NCBI GenBank assembly: GCA_038882955.1
Contig: JAVZNC010000005.1
Span: 32,001 to 96,000, forward strand
Reading direction: 5' to 3'
Source: Candidatus Bathyarchaeia archaeon
GTDB lineage: Archaea > Thermoproteota > Bathyarchaeia > Bathyarchaeales > Bathycorpusculaceae
DNA: 64,000 bases
The notes under the pieces are model-generated. The model was not told where the DNA came from. It did not search any database and saw only the letters and a list, made by a program, of their open reading frames with translations. Shown in pieces: positions 1 to 10,543 of the stretch. A program made the position numbers and the translations under genes. Positions within the stretch are counted from its first letter, which is position 1; the number at the start of each line of letters is the position of its first letter.

Positions 1-2
1 TG

Positions 3-1349
3 ATAGACGCGTATAAAAGGGAGAAAAAGCAAGCCAAATTTTCGTTCAGCATATCTGGCATTTTCCTAGAACAATGCGAAATGTTCAACAAAGATGTTCT
101 AGAATCCTTTAAACAACTCGCAGAAACTGGATGCGTAGAATTTCTAAGCCAAACGTACTACCACTCGCTTGCAAGCCTATACCCCGAAAGAGGAGAATTT
201 ATTGAACAAGTGAAAATGCACAGACAAACAGTGAGGGATTTGCTTGGATATACACCAACGGTTTTCGAGAACACGGAGCTATTGTATAACAATGCCATAG
301 CAAAAACAGCTGAAGAGATGGGATACAAGGGCATATTCACAGAGGGTGTGGAAAAAATACTTCATGAAAAATCGCCAAATTACCTCTACAAACCCAAAAA
401 CTGCCAAAAAATCAAAGTTCTGCTGAGAAATTACAAGCTCACAGACGACGTAGGATTTAGGTTCTCGGCAAGATGGTGGAGCGAGTGGCCACTAACAGCA
501 GACAAATACGCTAGCTGGCTTGCGGCAACACCAGGGCAGTGCATAAACATATTTCCAGACTATGAAACTTTCGGCGAGCACCATTGGCCAGAAACTGGCA
601 TCCACGAGTTTTTGAGACATTTGCCAAAGGAAATTTTGAAGTGGTGGCACCTGCACATGGCAACACCGTCAGAGGTCGTAGATAAATACGCGGTTTCTGG
701 AGAAATAGACGTTCCAGAGCTCGGCGGAACAGTTTCATGGGCTGACTTGGAAAGAGACGCGAGCTGCTGGCTTGGAAACACCATGCAGTGGGCTTATTAC
801 ACTGGCATAAGAAGACTTGAACCCTTGATAAGGGAGGCAGAAGACAAAGAGCTTCTGCAGATATGGCGTTACCTACAGACAAGCGACCACTTGTACTATA
901 TGTTTACGGCTGGAGGCGGACCAGGAGAGGTTCACTCCTACTTCAGTCCTTTCAACTCGCCCGCAGACGCATTTGTAACCGCGCATGCAGTGGCTTTGGA
1001 TTTCGAAAACAGAGTAAAACTTGCAACTTCAGCTGCCAACGAGCCATTCCTATTCTATACTGGTGTTGGAAAGGACAAGTTTACGGGTGTTATGGCTTGG
1101 AGCCTAAAAGGCTTCATAGGCGCCCTCAAGAAAGTAGATGCAAAATCCATAGAATTTCACTGGCGCCGCGGCGACTTTGAACAGTGGGTTGAAAATTCGC
1201 TTCATGATAAACAGTTAGCGGATAAGCTGAAAAAGATTAAGGTTGAAAAACAAAAAGGGGAAGAACTGAGGAAATTATTGATTAAGGCTGCAAGTGAAAG
1301 GTTCGCTAAAATTGAAACGCAAGTACAAGAAGCAACAAGATATCTCTGA
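3..1349 (+). CDS. Glycoside hydrolase family 57 (alpha-amylase/amylopullulanase-like) with C-terminal DUF5752-like domain; 5' truncated by window edge
   Basis: Frame is open from position 3 (…AKFSFSISGIFLEQ). GH57 motifs QTYYHSL, FENTEL (nucleophile), DYETFGEH (acid/base), SWAD and QTSDH are present. C-terminal EPFLFYTG…SIEFH…GDFEQW domain. Confidence 0.9.
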   Translation: MDAYKREKKQAKFSFSISGIFLEQCEMFNKDVLESFKQLAETGCVEFLSQTYYHSLASLYPERGEFIEQVKMHRQTVRDLLGYTPTVFENTELLYNNAIAKTAEEMGYKGIFTEGVEKILHEKSPNYLYKPKNCQKIKVLLRNYKLTDDVGFRFSARWWSEWPLTADKYASWLAATPGQCINIFPDYETFGEHHWPETGIHEFLRHLPKEILKWWHLHMATPSEVVDKYAVSGEIDVPELGGTVSWADLERDASCWLGNTMQWAYYTGIRRLEPLIREAEDKELLQIWRYLQTSDHLYYMFTAGGGPGEVHSYFSPFNSPADAFVTAHAVALDFENRVKLATSAANEPFLFYTGVGKDKFTGVMAWSLKGFIGALKKVDAKSIEFHWRRGDFEQWVENSLHDKQLADKLKKIKVEKQKGEELRKLLIKAASERFAKIETQVQEATRYL

Positions 1350-1422
1350 AACAGCTAAAATGCACGCATTTATTTATAGGCGAAAAGCGCAAAACTATGT
1401 TCGGAGCGTCTAAGGTGAGAAT

Positions 1423-1674
1423 TTGAGGGAGGAGCTCCCGACATCAGAAAAAATCCTACAGACTTTGCACAATTTGTGTGCGACTGCCGCTGATTTGGCG
1501 AGAAGAAGCGAAGAACTAGCACAAGTTTTACAGCTTGATATCGGCGAGGTTGAGAGGACGCTTGACAACTATAAGATTGAGGGTTTTGTGGAAAGCTTCA
1601 TGGACAATGAGGGAAAAAAGCGGTATTACTTGACTGGACGTGGAATAATAAAGGTCTGTGCACTTTTCACGTAG
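1423..1674 (+). CDS. Small winged-helix (HTH) protein
   Basis: 83 aa with helix-turn-helix then GFVES…KRYYLTGRG wing pattern; SD-like AGGTGA upstream of TTG; first gene of GT4 operon. Confidence 0.65.
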   Translation: MREELPTSEKILQTLHNLCATAADLARRSEELAQVLQLDIGEVERTLDNYKIEGFVESFMDNEGKKRYYLTGRGIIKVCALFT

Positions 1675-1683
1675 TGAAACACA

Positions 1684-2310
1684 ATGCGCGTAATAATCTT
1701 TTCATGGGAATATCCCCCGAGAATTGTTGGGCAACTTGCATATTACGTTAAGGAACTTGCAACCCAACTCGCAAAGAGCAATGTGGAAACTCATGTTGCT
1801 ACATATCATGACTATTTGACTGGAGAATCTGCCGAGCAGAACGGCGTAAAAACTTATAGAGTAACAAATCCCGTGCGCACGCACATAGGCGTTCTCACAT
1901 GGGTTTTAACATTAAACCAAGAAGTCGAAAGAGCAGCCGCGGACGTGTACTATACGGCAAATAAAAAAGTGGATTTGATAGATGCACATGATTGGCATTT
2001 CATCCCAGCGGCTGTAACTCTAAAAAAGGCGCTTGGCATACCATTCATCTATTCTGTTGAAAGCCTTGAAGAACACCGCTCACATGGGGCGGACTCGCCA
2101 TTTAACATGGCTATAAAAAGCATTGAGTGGCTTGGAATGTATGAAGCAAAAAGGCTTATCGTTAAATCGGAGTGGATGCGAGACGAAGTTTTTAGAATCT
2201 ACAAGGTTCCAATGGAAAAGATAAGCGTAGTAAAGCCGAAATCACAAGGATGGCTTAAAAATATTTTGGAGATATACTGCGAAGTAGCTGGAGGAAAAGC
2301 AACTACATGA
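1684..2310 (+). CDS. Glycosyltransferase family 4, N-terminal domain only
   Basis: WEYPPRIVG and HDW motifs shared with downstream GT4; lacks the C-terminal EPFGIVALEA domain; ATGA overlap with next gene. Confidence 0.8.
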   Translation: MRVIIFSWEYPPRIVGQLAYYVKELATQLAKSNVETHVATYHDYLTGESAEQNGVKTYRVTNPVRTHIGVLTWVLTLNQEVERAAADVYYTANKKVDLIDAHDWHFIPAAVTLKKALGIPFIYSVESLEEHRSHGADSPFNMAIKSIEWLGMYEAKRLIVKSEWMRDEVFRIYKVPMEKISVVKPKSQGWLKNILEIYCEVAGGKATT

Positions 2311-3512
2311 AAGACCTAACAGTTATGATGCTTACATGGGAGTTCCCGCCGCGAATAATCGGCGGAATCTCACCACACGTTTACAATTTATCCAAAAGTT
2401 TAGCTAAGAAAGGCGTCAAAGTTTATGTGGTTACATGCGATTTTCCAGGAGCACCGCAGCACGAGGTTTTAGACGGAGTTGATGTTTTTAGGGTTGATTC
2501 CTACAAGAATCCATCTCCAGACTTCGCCACTTGGGTTTACTTGATGAACGTTAACATGCAGAAGGAAGCAGCGGCGATAGTCCGCAGTTTAGGCGGGAAA
2601 GTTGACATTTTCCACGCGCATGATTGGCTTGTGGCAGACGCTGGAATAGGCTTAAAACACGTTTTTAGGAAACCGCTCTTGGCTACGATACATTCAACAG
2701 AAATTGGACGCAGAAACGGTATACATTTTGACTATGAACGGATGATTCACGAAACCGAGGCTTGGCTGACCTATGAAGCTTGGAAGGTTATATGCTGCAG
2801 CAACTTCATGGTTTCACATGTTAAATGGGCTTTTGGGCTTCCAGAAGACAAGCTTGTAATGGTTCCAAACGGCGTGAACGTCGACGTTTACGCGGGAAAC
2901 GAAGTAGAAGACTTGCAGCAGTTCAGAAGCAAATTTGCCTTACCAGAAGAGAAAATTGTGCTCTTTGTCGGGAGGCTCGTTTATGAAAAGGGCGTTCACG
3001 TGCTTGTGAATGCTGTTCCAAAAGTTTTGGAAAAAGTTAACGCGAAGTTCGTAATTGTGGGCAATGGTTACATGAAAGAGCAACTTTCAAGCTTAATCAG
3101 TAACATGGGCTTGTCCCACAAAGTGCTTTTCACGGGATTTGTTGACGACGAAACGCTGAGAAAACTGCAGAAATGCGCAGACGTTTCAGTTGTACCGTCG
3201 CTTTTCGAGCCTTTCGGCATAGTAGCCCTAGAAGCCATGGCAGCCAAAAGCCCAGTTGTAGTCTCGGACACTGGAGGCTTATCCGAAATTGTTGAGTATG
3301 ACGTTGACGGAGTAAAAGTCTACGTGAACAACCCAGAATCGCTGGCTTGGGGAATAACAAGGGTTTTAACAGACGAAAAATATGCAGATTGGATAAGGAA
3401 TAACGCCTTCAAAAAGGTTAAGGAAAAATACAACTGGGACGAAATAGCTAACCAAACAAGAAGAGTGTACGAAAACGTTTTAGAAGAATATTCGCGGAGC
3501 GCTTGGACTTAA
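2307..3512 (+). CDS. Glycosyltransferase family 4 (GT-B; glycogen synthase/MshA-like)
   Basis: WEFPPRIIGG, HAHDW, GRLVYEKG and EPFGIVALEAMA motifs. Confidence 0.9.
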   Translation: MKDLTVMMLTWEFPPRIIGGISPHVYNLSKSLAKKGVKVYVVTCDFPGAPQHEVLDGVDVFRVDSYKNPSPDFATWVYLMNVNMQKEAAAIVRSLGGKVDIFHAHDWLVADAGIGLKHVFRKPLLATIHSTEIGRRNGIHFDYERMIHETEAWLTYEAWKVICCSNFMVSHVKWAFGLPEDKLVMVPNGVNVDVYAGNEVEDLQQFRSKFALPEEKIVLFVGRLVYEKGVHVLVNAVPKVLEKVNAKFVIVGNGYMKEQLSSLISNMGLSHKVLFTGFVDDETLRKLQKCADVSVVPSLFEPFGIVALEAMAAKSPVVVSDTGGLSEIVEYDVDGVKVYVNNPESLAWGITRVLTDEKYADWIRNNAFKKVKEKYNWDEIANQTRRVYENVLEEYSRSAWT

Positions 3513-3513
3513 C

Positions 3514-4419
3514 CTACGGATACTTCACCTTTATCGCGCCGTATGGGCATGCGTCAACGCACTTCAAACAGTAAATGCACTCTGGGTCGCTGAACTTTTC
3601 CCATGGCAAATCCAAAATTTTAACGCGCATGGGACAAGCTTCAACACAAAGGCGACAAGAACCCTTGGCACATTTAGCTGGGTCTCTGCGCAGACCGATG
3701 AAGCTAAACTTATTCATTATAGCCATAATCGCCCCATGTGGACAGAAATACTTGCACCAACTTCTCGGAACATAAACTGCGAAAATTAGAACACCTACCA
3801 TGATGAAGATTTGAACCCAGAAAAGCGCCGGCAAGTTTCCTATTTGAGAAAGCACATCCAAAGTGCTTGTGCGAAAATCGTGAATTACGCGCGGTATCGT
3901 CCCAAAAAGAGTTTCCGCTGGGCTTATAGTGGTGAATGGTGCCTTGGCAAAAACGCCAAAAGCACTTTCATAGCTCTGATAAGCGCCAACAAGCCTTGAT
4001 GCAGAAAATGTTAGGCTAATAAACAAGGCTATGGCAAGAACAAAGTATTTCATGTAAAGCATGCTTTCGTGGGTGCGCGGCGAAACTTCCCCCTTCTTAC
4101 GTTTTATGAAACTTAACAGGTCTTGGATAAAGCCGAAGGGACAAATCCAACCGCATAAGGATTTGCCAAGCACCACGCCTACAACTAGAAACGAGGCGAA
4201 GGCTAACCATGGAAAAACAACATCATAAAGCATCAACTGTATGGCAGTGAAAGCGTCGCCCACAACGTTTTGTTGAAGTCCCCAAGTCCAGAGAATTGGA
4301 AGCAAAAGTGCCGTGCCAACATTAAAGATTGCAGCGCTAAACAGTATGAAGGAGACAAACTGGACAATTCTGCGTAAAGTATTAAACTTCAGTAAGCCTT
4401 GCTTGATTTTGCCGCTCAC
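3514..4419 (-). CDS. Membrane 4Fe-4S binding protein (NapH/MauN/polyferredoxin family)
   Basis: TM helices; two CxxxCP motifs (CGWICPFG, CKYFCPHG); two C-terminal ferredoxin motifs (CxxxxCxxCxxxCP, CIYCLKCVDACP). Confidence 0.85.
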   Translation of the reverse strand: MSGKIKQGLLKFNTLRRIVQFVSFILFSAAIFNVGTALLLPILWTWGLQQNVVGDAFTAIQLMLYDVVFPWLAFASFLVVGVVLGKSLCGWICPFGFIQDLLSFIKRKKGEVSPRTHESMLYMKYFVLAIALFISLTFSASRLVGAYQSYESAFGVFAKAPFTTISPAETLFGTIPRVIHDFRTSTLDVLSQIGNLPALFWVQIFIMVGVLIFAVYVPRSWCKYFCPHGAIMAIMNKFSFIGLRRDPAKCAKGSCRLCVEACPMRVKILDLPWEKFSDPECIYCLKCVDACPYGAIKVKYP

Positions 4420-4463
4420 ATTCTTCGCCCCTTTTCAATGCGGATAACAAAAGACTCCGTTAT

Positions 4464-5834
4464 TTATTTTCCTATAGCTTTAACGTTTTCCACAAGCACC
4501 CACGGCGCAACAAGCTGACCAACCTTCCGCTCGTTATTCGCCAAACCAGAAATATTCTTTAACACGTCAAAAACGTTGCCAGCCAACATAACCCCCCTAA
4601 CGGCATGCGCAACAGCACCGCCCTTGATTCTCCATGCGGGAGTAGCTACAACAGAAAACTCCCCGCTTGCAGGATTACTACTATGAGCCCCCTGCAAAGA
4701 ATAAACAAGCAAGCCATCATCAACTTCGCCTAACAGCTCTTCTGGAGATTTCCTCCCGGGCATGAAGTGGAAGTTCGTTGTATCCACATATGGTGTTGAT
4801 AGGTATCCTGCTCTGAAGGAGTTTCCAGTGCTTTCTCGTCCCTCCTTTTTCGCCGTGTAGTTGTCATAGATGAAGCTGCGTAAAACGCCTTTCTCTACTA
4901 TTGGCGTTTTTTGCTGTGGGACGCCTTCGCCGTCGAATCCCCATGTGCGAAGACCACCACTTAATAAGCCATCGTCATAAACCGTCACAATTTCGGAAGC
5001 CACTTTTTCGCCAATTTTGCCCTTTAATGCTGACTGGTCTCTTTGAACGTAATCCGCTTTAACAGCATTCATCAACGTGAAATAAAGAAGTTCGTGAAAC
5101 GCAGCATGTGCAAACACAACATTCGTGCTTTTGGTTTCAAATTTTTTGGCTTTTAAAGCTGAACCTGCAAGTCTCGCTGCTTCTTTCCCAACCCATTCTG
5201 GGTCTATTTTATAGCTTCGTTCAGCATTAAACTCGAAGCATATCGGCGTTACTTCGCCGCTTTCCTGCCCAACTGTGGCTAAACTGCATTCAATTATTGT
5301 CCCTTTTTCAAAGCATGAAACACCATTTGAGTTTGCAACAGCCCTTACCAGTTCTGAGGCGCCAACTCCGCCTTCCACTGGGAAAACGCGTTTATCTGTT
5401 TCTTCAGCAGCATTCAACATTAATGAGGCTAGTTTCACCAAATCTTCGGATTGCAGTTCAGCAACTCTTCGGTCATAAACGTTCTCAACCAAAGCTTGAG
5501 GCTTTTTTGATGTGAGGCCACGCCAATTCTTGTCTGGCTTACTTGCCTTCGCAGCTTTCAAGGCATTCTGAACAGTCTTTTCGATTGCTTCCTTGCTTTC
5601 CAGAATATTCGTGTAAGCGAAGCCCAAAGCCTTGTTAACTATGGCTCTAACGCCTATTCCTTGGTCTATAATGCGCGAGTTACGCGCAACTTGTCCCCGC
5701 TCTATAATCACGTTTGTCGTCAAGCCTTGATACGCAAAAGCCTCAGCTTCATCAGCGCCAGCTTTTAAGGCTAACTGAACGGCACTCTCGATTGGGCTTA
5801 AGGTTTCATCTTTTTTAAGCGCTGCCACCAACAA
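4464..5834 (-). CDS. pmbA: TldE/PmbA family protein
   Basis: FDGEGVP, GNS.RAG and SGEFS motifs; no HExxH; coupled to tldD. Exact start uncertain (5834/5831/5828). Confidence 0.9.
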   Translation of the reverse strand: MLVAALKKDETLSPIESAVQLALKAGADEAEAFAYQGLTTNVIIERGQVARNSRIIDQGIGVRAIVNKALGFAYTNILESKEAIEKTVQNALKAAKASKPDKNWRGLTSKKPQALVENVYDRRVAELQSEDLVKLASLMLNAAEETDKRVFPVEGGVGASELVRAVANSNGVSCFEKGTIIECSLATVGQESGEVTPICFEFNAERSYKIDPEWVGKEAARLAGSALKAKKFETKSTNVVFAHAAFHELLYFTLMNAVKADYVQRDQSALKGKIGEKVASEIVTVYDDGLLSGGLRTWGFDGEGVPQQKTPIVEKGVLRSFIYDNYTAKKEGRESTGNSFRAGYLSTPYVDTTNFHFMPGRKSPEELLGEVDDGLLVYSLQGAHSSNPASGEFSVVATPAWRIKGGAVAHAVRGVMLAGNVFDVLKNISGLANNERKVGQLVAPWVLVENVKAIGK

Positions 5835-7197
5835 GCACCTCCCTCACTCTAATGTGTGGGCCACCATCGCAAACGAAGGCTGTCTGCCCTTTCCCGCATC
5901 TTCCAGGCCAAAGTTCAAAGTCTTTTCCAACAGCGTCAACTTTCAAAAGGGTTTCAAGTGTGTTTCCGCTTATTGAAGCGTTGCGAACAGCCTCACCCAA
6001 TTCACCGTTAACGATTTCGTAGGCTTCTTGAATGCCCACTTGAAAAGTGCCATCCAAGTTTGCTTGACCGCCCCTGAAACTTTTGAGGTAATAACCAAAC
6101 TTTATATTTTCAATTAGTTCTTCGAGCGAGTGATCTTTTGGCTCCATGTAGGTGTTGCGCATGCGGATTATGGGTTCAGCGCGGAAATCTTCAGCCCTCA
6201 TATTTCCGGTTGGTTGCATGTCAAATTTCTGTGCAGTTTCTCTGCTGTGCATGAGGCCGACTACAACGCCCTTGTTCACGAGAAGCGTTTTCTGCGCTGG
6301 AACACCCTCATCATCATATTTAAATGAACCGAAAGCGCCTCCTATTGTGCCATCATCATACAATGTGACAATATCGGATGCTATTTTCTTTCCAATTTTT
6401 CCCAACAGCACCGAGCCGGACAGTGTGAGGTCTGCTTCAGCTAGATGCCCAAATGCCTCGTGGACAAATACGCCTACAACATTTGGCCCTATAACTGCCG
6501 GGAAAGAGCCGCCTTTCGGAGTTTTTGCTTTAAGCTGTTCAACTGCACGTTTTGCGACTCTTTCGCCAACAACTTCTGGAGTTTCCACATCAAATATTTC
6601 ATAGCCAGAGGTTGAACCTATTTCTTCTCGGCTGAAAGAGAATGTTTCTCCCATTTTCGCTGTGGCTGTTATCCTTGACCAAACATAAAGCTTGTCTTGT
6701 TCAATGTATGTGCCCTCATTGTTTATGAAGTAGTTTTTTCCAGTCATGTCTAGATAATCTATCGTGCAGCTTTTTACGCTCTTGTCATAATTTAAAATGT
6801 TGTTGTTTATGGCTAGAGTCAAATTTATTTTGTCTTCAACCGGAATTTCTGATGGGTCTTTCCGCGGTTTGACTATAACCTTGTCCTCGACAGCCTTGAC
6901 CTTTGCCAGCTTTATTGGGTTTCGCAGTTTAGAACTTGCGGTTTTAGCCATCTTACACGCAGACGAAACCGCTTCAAGCAAACTTTTGGTTTCAAAACTT
7001 CCGACAGAAGCAAAACCCCAAGCACCGTTCACAAGAACCCTCAATGCCACGCCATTTTCTATTCCCTGTCGTGCAGCCTCAACGTGTCCTTCTTTAACAG
7101 TTAACGTTGTCTTAAAAATTTCCTGCGCCCGAGCCTCAGCATAATCGGCGCCAAGTTCTTGGGCTTTGTTTACAAATTTGAGCAGAGCATCTTTCAA
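5815..7197 (-). CDS. tldD: TldD family metalloprotease
   Basis: [11 protein letters not shown] zinc motif, YDDEGVP, RMRNTY, CGKGQ…GGPH. Confidence 0.93.
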   Translation of the reverse strand: MKDALLKFVNKAQELGADYAEARAQEIFKTTLTVKEGHVEAARQGIENGVALRVLVNGAWGFASVGSFETKSLLEAVSSACKMAKTASSKLRNPIKLAKVKAVEDKVIVKPRKDPSEIPVEDKINLTLAINNNILNYDKSVKSCTIDYLDMTGKNYFINNEGTYIEQDKLYVWSRITATAKMGETFSFSREEIGSTSGYEIFDVETPEVVGERVAKRAVEQLKAKTPKGGSFPAVIGPNVVGVFVHEAFGHLAEADLTLSGSVLLGKIGKKIASDIVTLYDDGTIGGAFGSFKYDDEGVPAQKTLLVNKGVVVGLMHSRETAQKFDMQPTGNMRAEDFRAEPIIRMRNTYMEPKDHSLEELIENIKFGYYLKSFRGGQANLDGTFQVGIQEAYEIVNGELGEAVRNASISGNTLETLLKVDAVGKDFELWPGRCGKGQTAFVCDGGPHIRVREVLVGGSA

Positions 7198-7306
7198 GTA
7201 GAGCCTTCCCTTCCAAACTGGTTTAGGGAAGGAATATTTGAAAACAAGTTATAAAAGTTGTTGTGAAACAGCCTTAAACCTTGCAAAATTAAGTTTAAAT
7301 GACTGC

Positions 7307-7627
7307 TTATGCATTTCGCATTAGAAGCTTAACGTGGCTTACGAAGTCATATTCCTCATTTACCTTTTCCAGTTCTAGTCTGCGCAGCAAACCATAGCTT
7401 GAGTATATGTCCTCCAAGATTTTACGTTCAACAACGTATGCTCCAGTGCTTAGAAAATCTTCAAGACCACGTGCGAAAACATCAATTTTTTCAGCTATTT
7501 CATCCCTTTTGACATTGTAGTTTGATTCCAAATACTTGTATATTAGGAGAGTTGCCTCTTCACCGAACACCTGCTTGAGGACGCGGTCTACAATCTTTGA
7601 TATTTTGTTTACTTTTTTGTTTTCCAT
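7307..7627 (-). CDS. Small conserved hypothetical protein (DUF3227-like helical domain)
   Basis: VLKQVFGEEA…IYKYLE…F..GLE..L..GA..VE pattern; GTGGTG SD before ATG 7627 (alternative start 7639). Confidence 0.55.
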   Translation of the reverse strand: MENKKVNKISKIVDRVLKQVFGEEATLLIYKYLESNYNVKRDEIAEKIDVFARGLEDFLSTGAYVVERKILEDIYSSYGLLRRLELEKVNEEYDFVSHVKLLMRNA

Positions 7628-7725
7628 GGTGTGCACCACGCTATTATCGTGTATATTACGACTTTATAAGTCTTGTCGTATACTCGCTCGACACACATAC
7701 ACAACAAAAACATGAAAGAAGAGGC

Positions 7726-9012
7726 TTACATGAAGTCTGTAAGATTCATCTGTTGAACTCTTTGAGAAGCAGTTCTCTCTTGCGCAGTTTCATCAAAAAT
7801 CACGAGTTGTCCGTAAACCCCATCATATCCAGGTATAACCTTTACATTTCCTTCTCTTACGCGGACTATTGCCTCGGCGATGCTTGTGTCAGTAACTTCC
7901 TTTAGGAGCTCCTTCGGTGCATCAATTAACACGCAGTACTCGTCCCCAAACTTTTCTACAAGCTTGTTGTAGATGCTCCAAACCTGCTGCGCAGAAGGAG
8001 AATCAACTCCTAGCACAGTTGCAATAATCTCGGAAAGCGGTAGCAAATGTTTAAAGCCAATGGCGCCGTCTGGTCTAAATCCATAAGGGCGGTCAGCAAG
8101 CTCCTCCACACGTTGTTCAACGCCCTTCGTGAGCTTTCTACGGCAGACAGGGCAAGTGTTGCCTAGTTTTATTGCTTCTTGTGGGGCTAGGGATACTCTG
8201 CAGTTTCTGTGTCCGGTCCAATGGTACTTCCCGTAGGCGGGGTCTGTTTCAATCGTAAACTTGAAGCGTTTGGCATCCTTCATTCGTATAGCGTCTAAAA
8301 TCTCATGGTAGCTTGGTTTTTCAATTTCGAAGACATTGGCTTCTCTGCCTATTCGCCATGGCCAAAAACTGTGGCTGTCGCTGTTTGATACTAGAGCGAA
8401 CTTGTCGAGTTTGCTTAGACGCCAGTTCATCGGCGGGTCTGAAGATAATCCCGTTTCCAAAGCGTGAATGTGTCTTGTCATGTCTTGGTAGCATTCTTCG
8501 ATGCTGTTGAAGCCGCTAAAGGCGCCGAATACGCTGAACCACGGTGTCCAAGCGTGCGCTGGAAAGACCATGTTTTCGCTTGATATTTCCATAACTTCTT
8601 CTACTAAATGCGGCGCATCCATGTTCAGTGTTGGTCTGCCGTCAATGGCCAAGTCGCCGTAATTCGCTAGTCTGTCGTTGATTTGGGTGGCTGTTTCGAT
8701 GTTCGGCGTTAGAATTACATGGTGAACCTTTTTGACTTCATTTTCGTACATGAATATTGTGCTTACTTCAGTTGTTATCATGAAGTATACTGGAAACTCG
8801 GGGTTTTTTGCAACTCTGTACAAGCTTGTGTCAGGTTCGGGAGTCAACGCTTCTCGAAGTTCTTCCAGCCATTTCGGGTGTGTAAAGTCACCTGTTCCCA
8901 CAAGGTTTAAACCTTTTATTTTCGCGAATTTTGCAATCTCTTCGATGCACATTCTTTGGCTTGTAGCGCGGCTATATCTGCCGTGAATGTGTAGGTCAGC
9001 TATAATTCTCAT
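7726..9012 (-). CDS. Endonuclease Q family PHP-domain protein
   Basis: DLHIHGRYS, GTGDFTHP, ETGLSSD, NSDSHS, GKYH…C…CPVC zinc finger, GV..RV.ELADR, PGYDGVYG; alternative start 9030. Confidence 0.88.
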   Translation of the reverse strand: MRIIADLHIHGRYSRATSQRMCIEEIAKFAKIKGLNLVGTGDFTHPKWLEELREALTPEPDTSLYRVAKNPEFPVYFMITTEVSTIFMYENEVKKVHHVILTPNIETATQINDRLANYGDLAIDGRPTLNMDAPHLVEEVMEISSENMVFPAHAWTPWFSVFGAFSGFNSIEECYQDMTRHIHALETGLSSDPPMNWRLSKLDKFALVSNSDSHSFWPWRIGREANVFEIEKPSYHEILDAIRMKDAKRFKFTIETDPAYGKYHWTGHRNCRVSLAPQEAIKLGNTCPVCRRKLTKGVEQRVEELADRPYGFRPDGAIGFKHLLPLSEIIATVLGVDSPSAQQVWSIYNKLVEKFGDEYCVLIDAPKELLKEVTDTSIAEAIVRVREGNVKVIPGYDGVYGQLVIFDETAQERTASQRVQQMNLTDFM

Positions 9013-9080
9013 GTTTCCGATTAACTCCATATCTTTTAAGGTATTAATTTTACTTGCGCTTGGCGCGAATCAGAAACTTT

Positions 9081-10493
9081 TTATGTGCTTTGAACTGCTT
9101 TTCTTTTGATTACTGCTTCAGTCCAGTTTCCATATTTTATCCAGAGCATTGCTATTGCTCCCCCAACAATATTGCTTAGGGATATGGCTAGCCACGCTCC
9201 AATTGAACCCATTTCAAAGGTGAAAGCCATCAAATAGCCCAAGGCGAGCCTTATTCCCCAAAGGCGCGTTACTCCTAGTGTTGTTGGGAAAAGTGTGTGT
9301 CCGGAGCCTCTTCCAGTGGACATGGCGACTATGAATAGTCCGAAAAATGGAAGTGTGGGCAGCAATGTCTGCAAGAAAAGGTCGGTTTCATTTAGCATGC
9401 TCGGGTCTTCTGTGAAGGCGTCAGCCACATTCCTTCTGATAGGGTACAGAATGCTTGCGCTTACCAACATAACTGTGAAGATTACTAGGGCTGTTTTTAA
9501 GGCGACTTCCCTAGCCCTTTTGCGGTTATCAGCTCCTAAGCTTTGTCCAACCATTATTGCCGTAGCTCCGCTTAAGCCCCAAAGTGCAGCATCGACAATA
9601 TCCATTATTACGAAGCCTATGGAGAAAGCTGTAGCTGCCACTATGCCAAGCATGTTAATAATCTTGAGCTGTATCAGAAAGGCGAAGCCGTTTGTTAAAC
9701 CCAAAGCCAAAACTGGCAAGCATATGCGAAGTACTAAGCGAATCCAGCTGGCACTTATGTCTCTGGTGAATTTCACTTTGATGTCTGGATAATGCTCTCT
9801 GAGGATGTATGCCAAAGCGCTTGCTGAAATTATTTTTCCCATAACATCTGTTATGGATGCGCCTACAACGCCAAGCTTTGGGAATGGACCTATGCCTAGC
9901 ACGAGGAACGGGTCGAGAATTAGGTTTATGCCGACGGCAATGCCGTTTACAATTGCTGGTCTTCTGGTGTCTCCTACGCTCTGCAGCAGTGTTGTGAAGG
10001 TTAGAGATATGTAATTGAAGAAGATGTCAAATGCGATTATGCCAGAATACGTCATCAAATCATCAAAAATATCCGCTGGTGTGGACATAAAAGTGAAAAT
10101 AGCACCTCTAAACGCTAGAAGTGAGAAGCTTAGGACTGCCCCAGAAATAAAAGATAATGTGAAAAAGCGTGAAGCAGCTCTACTTGCATCATCGTAATCC
10201 TTGTTTCCAACATACTGCGAAACTATGCCCAGGCTCGCGGCTGTTAAAGCCATCAAAAGCGCTTGAAAAAGCACTATAACAGGCCACATCTGCCTTGGAA
10301 TAGCCACCGCTACGTCACTGTAAACGCTTAGCCAGTAGGCATCGGCAAGATTGTAAGCCACAACTATGATTTGATTTATAAGCGGGGGGACACCCAACCA
10401 AAAGAAAGTGCGGATTATGGGGCCATTTACAATTTTGTCTCTGTACTTGCTTATTGGGCGAATCTCTGGCAGCTCTTCAGCTTCTTCAGACAT
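9081..10493 (-). CDS. MATE family efflux transporter
   Basis: About 12 TM helices; GDTRRP, NLILDPFL, GQSLGA motifs. Confidence 0.9.
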   Translation of the reverse strand: MSEEAEELPEIRPISKYRDKIVNGPIIRTFFWLGVPPLINQIIVVAYNLADAYWLSVYSDVAVAIPRQMWPVIVLFQALLMALTAASLGIVSQYVGNKDYDDASRAASRFFTLSFISGAVLSFSLLAFRGAIFTFMSTPADIFDDLMTYSGIIAFDIFFNYISLTFTTLLQSVGDTRRPAIVNGIAVGINLILDPFLVLGIGPFPKLGVVGASITDVMGKIISASALAYILREHYPDIKVKFTRDISASWIRLVLRICLPVLALGLTNGFAFLIQLKIINMLGIVAATAFSIGFVIMDIVDAALWGLSGATAIMVGQSLGADNRKRAREVALKTALVIFTVMLVSASILYPIRRNVADAFTEDPSMLNETDLFLQTLLPTLPFFGLFIVAMSTGRGSGHTLFPTTLGVTRLWGIRLALGYLMAFTFEMGSIGAWLAISLSNIVGGAIAMLWIKYGNWTEAVIKRKAVQST

Positions 10494-10543
10494 AGAACCT
10501 TCTGGATTTTAAACACAACCATAAAAGCTTTTCTTAAGGTACA

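Noticed and set aside
5815-5834. Non-canonical (CTT) start for pmbA
   Set aside because: In-frame TTG/GTG codons at 5834, 5831 and 5828 follow a good GGAGGTG SD, so no unusual start is needed.
7688-7712. CA-rich low-complexity tract
   Set aside because: Short and imperfect; on the minus strand it is a TG/T-rich tract after endoQ, plausibly a terminator, not a repeat array.
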